A DNA stretch of 64,000 bases. Source: Candidatus Latescibacterota bacterium (GTDB taxonomy: Bacteria > Latescibacterota > UBA2968 > GCA-2709665). Below are positions 57,420-64,000 of this stretch, piece by piece. A model generated the notes under the pieces. That model saw only the letters and a list, made by a program, of their open reading frames with translations. It did not search any database and was not told the DNA's origin. The stretch's first letter is position 1. Every line of letters begins with the position of its first letter. The translations under genes and the position numbers were made by a program. Location of the stretch: NCBI GenBank assembly GCA_965116875.1, contig OZ220733.1:352001-416000 (forward strand), read 5' to 3'.

Positions 57420-58499
57420 TTAATCGGCTGCGCGAACGCCCGTTTTATCCATCGTACCTTGCAGCCCCAGTCCCCTCAGGTCTGCGATCGAGTCACTTTC
57501 CTCCGCCTCGTACAGTTTCCAGATGACCCTGAGTCCCTCGAGGCTGGAAACGGGGTCGGTCAGCGGTTTCCGGCCGGTCTCGATACAATCGATAAAGTGA
57601 GCCATCTCCACTTCAGTGGGTTTGGCGTGCCTTTCTTCCATCAACACGATCTCCCGCTGCCCGGGGTCGTGCTCACCGGGTACGTGTTTTTCCACGTCGC
57701 CCAGGTAGACGACCCGCCCCGTGGCCAGGTGCAGCTCCACCATCCCCTTCTCGCAGTGCGCGTGAAAGGAGTAACCGAGCCGGCTGCCTCGAGCCCCCCA
57801 CGTGCCGAAATGATAGCCCAGGATGCCGCCTTCGAACTCGATGCACACGTTGCTGGTTCCCTCTCTCTCCATCCACGGCGTGCCTCGATTGGTTCCCAGA
57901 TGCACGCCCTTCACCGGCCTGCCCAGCATCCACAACATCAGATCGATATAGTGACAGCCATGGCTGAAGAACTGACCCCCGCCAAGCGTGTCCGCCCGGC
58001 AGTGCCAGCTATCCGGCTCACGCTGCGTATGCTGCTCGGTCCAGATCGACAGCTGAAATACCTCGCCGAAGGTCCTGTTGTCCACCACTTCCTTGAACTT
58101 CAGTATCAGGGGATGAAACCGCATGCAGTACGCCACCATAAGGACACGGTCGTTCCGCTGCGCGGCTTCGATCATTTCCAGGCACTCCCGCTCGCTGTTC
58201 GCCATGGGCTTTTCCACCAGCACGTGCTTGCCCGCATCCAGACAACGCACCGTTACCGGATGGTGAAGATGATGCGGAAGCACCACGAGAACGGCGTCGA
58301 CATGATCCATGACCTCCTCAAAATCGGCCGCGACCACGGGGTTATTTGGAAAATGTCCGGCGACCGCCCGCGCCCGCTCGAGATCGATATCCACCACGGC
58401 CGCAATCTCCACCCTGTGAAGCACCTCGCTCATCCGGCTGGCATGGGACCGTGCCATACCGCCGCATCCGATAATCCCCACTCTTTTTCTCCCCGGCAT
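57420..58499 (-). CDS. Gfo/Idh/MocA family oxidoreductase
   Basis: VGIIGCGGMA, GKHVLVEKPMA and GGG...HGCHYID motifs; start moved to ATG 58499 (GGAGG RBS). Confidence 0.93.
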   Translation of the reverse strand: MPGRKRVGIIGCGGMARSHASRMSEVLHRVEIAAVVDIDLERARAVAGHFPNNPVVAADFEEVMDHVDAVLVVLPHHLHHPVTVRCLDAGKHVLVEKPMANSERECLEMIEAAQRNDRVLMVAYCMRFHPLILKFKEVVDNRTFGEVFQLSIWTEQHTQREPDSWHCRADTLGGGQFFSHGCHYIDLMLWMLGRPVKGVHLGTNRGTPWMEREGTSNVCIEFEGGILGYHFGTWGARGSRLGYSFHAHCEKGMVELHLATGRVVYLGDVEKHVPGEHDPGQREIVLMEERHAKPTEVEMAHFIDCIETGRKPLTDPVSSLEGLRVIWKLYEAEESDSIADLRGLGLQGTMDKTGVRAAD

Positions 58500-58628
58500 G
58501 TTCCTTTCCTCCATTTCTGGCCTACCGGATTCCAATTCCCCTCCAACCGAGTCGCTTTCGTTCCCGCAAGAGTTCGAAGTACGCTTCGGCTGAGCGTTCC
58601 ATTCACGGGAGTCGCCCTGCGTCGCTCC

Positions 58629-59666
58629 TCATGGGCCCTGTTCGTCGCCCCATTCGAAAACCACTTTTCCCGTCTCCCCACGATCGAAGATTTCAAATGC
58701 TTCCCTGGCCTGTTCAATGTGAAAGCGATGGGTCACGATTTCGTCCAGCGGCACCCGGTGGGTCTGCAGAAAGGCGACGGCATCGAAATAAGCCCCCATC
58801 GAATACACGGAGTTGCCCCTGAGCGTCAGTTCCTTTCGAAGGATATCCGAAAAGTCGATCTCCAGCGACGCCGCGCCGGCGCCCACGTAGACCACCGTCC
58901 CGTGCAATCCCGCGACCGCCGCCGCCTGCGTGCGCGCAAGGCCGCTCCCGGAGCACTCCACGACCCCGCCCGCTCCATCTCCACCCGTCAGATCCATGAC
59001 CGCCGCAACCGGGTCGTTCTCCTTTGCGTTGATTGCAACCCCGCCGCCGATACGGTCCGCGAGGTCGATTCTGTAGGGACTGATGTCCACGCCGAACGTC
59101 CTGTATCCCATCGCTTCGCCCATCAATAGCGTTGTGAGTCCGACCGGACCCAATCCGAACACCACGAGCGGATCGCCGTGACGTTTCGAAACCTTGCTCA
59201 CGGCGGAGAAGGCCGTCCCCGCGGTACATGCCAGCTGGGTCCCGACTGCAAAAGAAACGCTGTCGGGCAGCGGCATGCAGTACCGTGCGTCCGTGACCAT
59301 ATAATCCGCGTGAGACCCGTCGCGAGTCCTGCCGAATGCGCCCTGTCCCGAACAGAACACCGGCGTTCCGGAAAGACAGACCGCGCAATGGCCGCACCCG
59401 ACCGTGTGATAGACGCAGACCCTGTCGCCTGCGGACACATTGACCACGTCCCTGCCGACTTCGGCCACAACTCCCGCCGGTTCGTGTCCGGAAATCATGC
59501 CCTTCCGCTCACTCGCCCACGCCCGGCTGCTATGGTACTTGTGCAGGTCGCTTCCACACAGTCCCGCGACCCTCATTTCAATGACCACCTGTCCGGAACC
59601 CGGTTCCGGACGATCGAATTCCCTGACTTCCACTTCGCTATCGCCGAGATAGACGACGCCCCTCAT
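58629..59666 (-). CDS. Zinc-binding (MDR) dehydrogenase
   Basis: LCGSDLH, GHEPAG, structural CGHC..C...C and VFGLGPVG motifs. Confidence 0.93.
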   Translation of the reverse strand: MRGVVYLGDSEVEVREFDRPEPGSGQVVIEMRVAGLCGSDLHKYHSSRAWASERKGMISGHEPAGVVAEVGRDVVNVSAGDRVCVYHTVGCGHCAVCLSGTPVFCSGQGAFGRTRDGSHADYMVTDARYCMPLPDSVSFAVGTQLACTAGTAFSAVSKVSKRHGDPLVVFGLGPVGLTTLLMGEAMGYRTFGVDISPYRIDLADRIGGGVAINAKENDPVAAVMDLTGGDGAGGVVECSGSGLARTQAAAVAGLHGTVVYVGAGAASLEIDFSDILRKELTLRGNSVYSMGAYFDAVAFLQTHRVPLDEIVTHRFHIEQAREAFEIFDRGETGKVVFEWGDEQGP

Positions 59667-60109
59667 ATCCTCATCTCCCACCCATTGGATTCCATAGTGA
59701 ATTCATCCGATTCCATCCCGAGCCGACGACCTCCATGGCACGTTTCCACAGCCCGCATTTCGACGCAGGGCAATCGTCTGCAATTGGATTTCCCTGTTTG
59801 ATTCCCTATCTTATCAGCCTGTTGGAAAAGTCCATCCGGGCTGCGGCTCACCGTACGCACGCCTCCGGGAAACGGGATCATGGACTGGCGCCCCGTCGAT
59901 TCAGCCATGATACTGCGAACCATGATTCATTGCAAGGAGACATTGCAATGGAATACCGCCAGGCCGGGCGAATCCCACAGGCGCGTCAGACCCATGCGTA
60001 CTGGAACCTGCCGTGAAACGCTTCTGTCGATTTGTGGAACAACGATGAACACTCGATACGCCGACGACAGACCTGCTGGTGGCGAAACAATCGCGAACAG
60101 GAGAAACGC

Positions 60110-61846
60110 ATGCCTGAAACAGTGCTGTCCGAACCCCGCCATTCAGTGCGGATAGAACGCAACCTACCCATAAGAATGCGAGACGGCGTCGTCCTTCGAG
60201 CCGACGTCTACCGCCCCGAAGACAACGGTAGATATCCAGTCATCGTCGAACGGGTCGCTTACGAACTGGTGAACCGGTGTACGGCGAACGGTGAGTTCTT
60301 CGCGAGCCGGGGATACGTCTTCGTCGGACAGAACGTGCGTGGCGCCTTCGCCTCCGAGGGCGAGTGGCATCCCTTCCGGGACGACGGCTGGGGCGCCAAC
60401 CGCGACGGATACGATACCATCGAATGGGCCGGAACGCAGCCCTGGTCCAACGGAAGGGTGGGGATGGCCGATGGATCCTACTCCGGATTCTCTCAGTACA
60501 TGGTGGCGCCCACCCGGCCCCCGCACCTGACGGCGCTCTATGTGCGCCAGGGCGGCGCGGATTATTACAGCGGCTTCTGGTACCGTTACGGCGCCTACTC
60601 GCTCCCCTTTCAGAAATGGGCGATGCAGACGCTGCTGGCCCAGCTCGAACACGAAAGCGCGCCACCGGGCCTTGAGGCCGCGACGGCGCGCCTGGCGTGT
60701 GCCCTCGATGAATATGACGACTGGGAGCGGCATCTACCGTTAAAGTCTTTCCCGCCCCTGGAAGGACTGCTCGATTGGTACATCGAATACCTGGATCACC
60801 CCGAAGACGGTCCCTATTGGTGGCCCACCAACATCACCTCGAGATTCGGCGATATTGACACGCCCATGCTGCATTTCGGCGCGTGGTTCGACGTCTTCCT
60901 GGACGGTACGCTGCAGGCCTTCCAGGGAATCCGAAAAAACGGTCGAACACGGGCCTGCCGGCAGGGGCAGCGCCTGCTCATCGGACCCTGGATCCACGGT
61001 CCGGGCAACGCCGCCAAACGCGTCGTCGGCGAAATCGACTTCGGTCCTCAGGCGGCGTTCGACATGAATGCGCACCGCCTGGAGTGGTACGATTACTGGC
61101 TGAAGGGAATAGACAACGGAATTATGGATGGACCGCCGGTTCGCGTTTTCCTGATGGGCAGGAACGAGTGGCTGGACCTGGACGACTGGCCGCCGACGGG
61201 CATTACGTACCGGTCCGCGTATCTGCGGGAGGGTTCCGGGAAAGACGAAAACTCGCTCAACAACGGAGGGCTGACCTTCGAACCGCCCGCTGCGGCGGAA
61301 CATCCGGACAGCTTTGCGTACGATCCGAGCGACCCCATGCCCGGGCTGCGCTTCTATCCCACGCTCGGGCCGGTGGACCACCGGCATCTGGAAGGCGGCA
61401 TGCTCACCTACACGTCGGCGGTGCTGAAGGATGACCTGACCGTCATTGGACCCGTCAAAGCCATCCTGCACGCCCTGTCCTCGGCCCCGGATACGGATTG
61501 GGTGGTCCGGCTATGCGACGTCTGGCCGGACGGTCGTTCCATGCCCGTCTGCGACGGCATCCTGAGGGCGCGATTCCGCGATTCGCTGCAACACCCGGAG
61601 CTGCTGACGCCAGGCAACATCTACAGGTTTAAGATCGACATGTCCGCCACGGCGCAAGTGTTCCAGTCCGGGCATCGGCTGCGCATTGAAATCACAAGCA
61701 GCGATTTCCCCCGGTACGATCGAAACCTGAACACCGGGGGGCCCTTCGGCGAGGAAACCGCCGGCCGGATCGCCGTCAACACCGTCTTCCACGACGCAGA
61801 ACGGCCGTCGTACGTCGTCCTGCCCGTTGTGGAGGACCGACCTTGA
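60110..61846 (+). CDS. CocE/NonD family hydrolase
   Basis: MRDGVVLRADVYRP, GSYSG nucleophile, AWFD, IGPWIH and SSDFPRYDRNLNTG motifs; start ATG 60110 after AGGAG. Confidence 0.94.
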   Translation: MPETVLSEPRHSVRIERNLPIRMRDGVVLRADVYRPEDNGRYPVIVERVAYELVNRCTANGEFFASRGYVFVGQNVRGAFASEGEWHPFRDDGWGANRDGYDTIEWAGTQPWSNGRVGMADGSYSGFSQYMVAPTRPPHLTALYVRQGGADYYSGFWYRYGAYSLPFQKWAMQTLLAQLEHESAPPGLEAATARLACALDEYDDWERHLPLKSFPPLEGLLDWYIEYLDHPEDGPYWWPTNITSRFGDIDTPMLHFGAWFDVFLDGTLQAFQGIRKNGRTRACRQGQRLLIGPWIHGPGNAAKRVVGEIDFGPQAAFDMNAHRLEWYDYWLKGIDNGIMDGPPVRVFLMGRNEWLDLDDWPPTGITYRSAYLREGSGKDENSLNNGGLTFEPPAAAEHPDSFAYDPSDPMPGLRFYPTLGPVDHRHLEGGMLTYTSAVLKDDLTVIGPVKAILHALSSAPDTDWVVRLCDVWPDGRSMPVCDGILRARFRDSLQHPELLTPGNIYRFKIDMSATAQVFQSGHRLRIEITSSDFPRYDRNLNTGGPFGEETAGRIAVNTVFHDAERPSYVVLPVVEDRP

Positions 61847-62024
61847 TTCGAAAAAAGACAACCGTTCATTCACCACAAAAAGCACAAAAGGCACAAAAGG
61901 TTACGGTGCGAAAACGGGGGATCGAGGTCATTCAACCGGCAGAAAACCGCCCTGCACGGGAACGCTGGTTTCATAGAATCAGCCTCCCGGCAGGGTCCGT
62001 GGATCGAACAGCGTCTTTCGCACC

Positions 62025-63521
62025 TCATGCTTCCGGAAATACGTTGCACCCCGGAGGCGCCTTCCAGTAATCCGTCAGATCGTGTTCTACTGCGCCGGCC
62101 CACCGCCGCAACACCCGCCGTCCCCCGGCCCGTCGTTGCAGCTTCGGCCCGATCGCACCCCCGCGCCATCCCTCCAGGACCCGCTCCAGTAGCGCTCCCT
62201 TCACGTCCGCACAACCGGGGTCTCCCGCCAGGTCCCTGAATTCATCGGGATCGTCGTCCAGATTGAATAACTGCGGTTCGTCAAATCCGTGGTAATGGTT
62301 CAACTTCCATGGACCCTGGCGGACCATCCGGCCCGGCGGTTCGTCGGCGCCGCCGTAATTCTCGGAAAACACTTCATTCGACCAACCCGGCGCCCGTCCG
62401 TCGCCCTCCAGAAAGCACCTGAGGCTGCGGCCTGCAACCTCCGGCAGGGGATCTCCGCCGGCCAGGTCGATAAGGGTGGGGCCGACGTCCAGCAGGCTTG
62501 TTACGGCATCCACACGTCGACCTGCTTCGAATCGCCCCGGAAACGACGCAATCATCGGCACGCCGGCGGACCCCTCGTAAAAGCTGCTCTTCCACCACAT
62601 CCCGTGCTCACCGGCCATTTCCCCGTGGTCCGAGAGATAGATCACCACGGTGTTGTCCGAGAACGACGTGGACGCCAGCGTCTCCAGCAATCCGCCGATG
62701 AGATCATCCAGGAACGTGACAAGCCCGTAATAGGCCGCACGCGCCCTGCGCACCGCGTCATCGTCCAATCCGTCGACGCCGCGTTTCTCGCGCCAGAGAC
62801 GTATCGCCGGATGCAGCCCATCCGGATCGCTTTCGGGTACAGCCGGCAGCTCCACGCGATCGTAATATTCCTGGTACAAATCCCCGGGACAGATAAACGG
62901 GCAATGCGGCAGCACATAACCCGTTACCAGGCAAAACGGACGCTGGACGCCGGACCGGCCGCGGTTTTCGAGAAACTCACGACACGCCCTGGTTACCGCC
63001 ACGTCGTAAGCCTGGTAGGCCGTGCGGCCCGGTCCGGAAATCTCGACCGATTGACGGGACTGGCCGGTCGTACCCGTGGGAATAGGCCCCAGATCGGGGC
63101 CCGGTCCACCCGGCAGCGGGCCCGACAGGTCACCAACGATGCGTTTTTCGAATCCGTGCCGCTGGTCCGGTCCGACAAAGTGCATCCTGCCGCCCAGGAC
63201 CGTCTCGTATCCCGCCAGCCCCAGACCGTGTGCGAAGGTTGGAATATCCGACCTCAGAAAACAGGAATTGGACCACACCTCGATATCAGACGCATGTCTT
63301 CCCGTAAGAAACGACATCCGAGACGGAACGCATAGCGGCGCCCCGCAATAGGTGTTTTCGAACAGTACGCCCCGCCCGGCCAGCGCGTCCAGGTTTGGCG
63401 TTCGGGCGATTCGATCTCCGGCACAGCCCATATACCTCCGGTTGTGCTGGTCCGACATGATCACCAGAAAATTGGGTTGGTCCGGCAAGACAGTCCCCCT
63501 CGCCTCCAGTCCATCAGCCAC
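62025..63521 (-). CDS. Sulfatase (choline-sulfatase-like)
   Basis: PNFLVIMSDQH, LCVPSR (CxPxR), GRMHFVGPDQ.HGF and SDHGEM.GEHG.W.K motifs. Confidence 0.92.
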   Translation of the reverse strand: MADGLEARGTVLPDQPNFLVIMSDQHNRRYMGCAGDRIARTPNLDALAGRGVLFENTYCGAPLCVPSRMSFLTGRHASDIEVWSNSCFLRSDIPTFAHGLGLAGYETVLGGRMHFVGPDQRHGFEKRIVGDLSGPLPGGPGPDLGPIPTGTTGQSRQSVEISGPGRTAYQAYDVAVTRACREFLENRGRSGVQRPFCLVTGYVLPHCPFICPGDLYQEYYDRVELPAVPESDPDGLHPAIRLWREKRGVDGLDDDAVRRARAAYYGLVTFLDDLIGGLLETLASTSFSDNTVVIYLSDHGEMAGEHGMWWKSSFYEGSAGVPMIASFPGRFEAGRRVDAVTSLLDVGPTLIDLAGGDPLPEVAGRSLRCFLEGDGRAPGWSNEVFSENYGGADEPPGRMVRQGPWKLNHYHGFDEPQLFNLDDDPDEFRDLAGDPGCADVKGALLERVLEGWRGGAIGPKLQRRAGGRRVLRRWAGAVEHDLTDYWKAPPGCNVFPEA

Positions 63522-63544
63522 GTGCGCCTATTCGTACCGTACTC

Positions 63545-64000
63545 TCAGGGACTTCCCGCTCCGGAGAGCGTTACCAGCCTGATACGATGGTTGTACGTAT
63601 CGGCGATGTAGAGGCGTCCGTTTGCCTCATCAAACGCGATGCCCGCCGGCCGGTTCAATGCAGCGGACTGCGCGGGACCTCCGTCTCCGCTGAATCCCGG
63701 TTGCCCGTTACCGGCTACCGTCGCGATGATTCCGGAAACCAGATCAATCGCCCGGATGCGATGGTTCATCTCATCGGCGACGTACAGCCGTCCATCCGGA
63801 CCGAACTGAATGTCGCGCGGGTTGTTCAAGTTTGCCTGCGTGGCCGGACCACCGTCCCCGCTGAATCCGGCGACGCCCGTGCCCGCGATAGTGTCGATTC
63901 GATCCCCTTCGAAGTCCACGCGCCGAATCCGCTGGTTGAGTGTGTCGGAAATATAAAGAGTACCATCGGGCCCCAGAGCCAATCCTCCCGCCGGCCGTGG
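63545..64000 (-). CDS. NHL-repeat protein, C-terminal part (truncated by window edge)
   Basis: Repeated LY[IV][SA]D..N[HQ]RIR and AG.G..GFSGDGGPA..A.LN.P units. Confidence 0.9.
   Translation of the reverse strand, partial: PRPAGGLALGPDGTLYISDTLNQRIRRVDFEGDRIDTIAGTGVAGFSGDGGPATQANLNNPRDIQFGPDGRLYVADEMNHRIRAIDLVSGIIATVAGNGQPGFSGDGGPAQSAALNRPAGIAFDEANGRLYIADTYNHRIRLVTLSGAGSP

Noticed and set aside
57327-59129. 600-aa plus-strand ORF
   Set aside because: Antisense to the Gfo/Idh/MocA and zinc dehydrogenase genes; no family motifs.
62025-63521. Assigning betC
   Set aside because: Motifs fit the choline-sulfatase-like clade, but no choline transport or bet genes are nearby, so the substrate is unsupported.

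Overview
GC-rich bacterial chromosomal segment with about 50 CDSs and no rRNA, tRNA, CRISPR array or intact transposase. The gene mix (5 PhyH-type Fe/2OG enzymes, 3 heparinase II/III-like proteins, 2 sulfatases, NHL repeats) resembles uncultured marine or sponge-associated heterotrophs such as Latescibacterota or Poribacteria; this is inference only. In order, the window holds: hydantoinase B/A and an NCS2 permease; ilvB with a complete Val/Leu/Ile leader-peptide attenuator; an ECF sigma/anti-sigma pair with three Spy/CpxP-like genes and a repeated ECF-type promoter; a partner-switching operon with a TorS-like kinase, flanked by two lipoproteins that share an uncharacterised N-terminal module; a circularly permuted ATP-grasp / Amt / alpha-E / transglutaminase operon; a TPP riboswitch and thiC; an aminotransferase / PhyH / O-methyltransferase cluster; blaI and a BlaR1-multi-TonB fusion with a palindromic operator; and glycan/sulfate catabolic genes. 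The strongest candidate for a new system is that 4 of the 5 PhyH-fold enzymes replace the iron-binding Asp of HxD with Ala or Gly (HGA, HGA, HSG, HGG), the signature of Fe(II)/2OG halogenases, and three of them cluster with an aminotransferase and an O-methyltransferase. All family calls come from motif recognition by eye; no database search was run.
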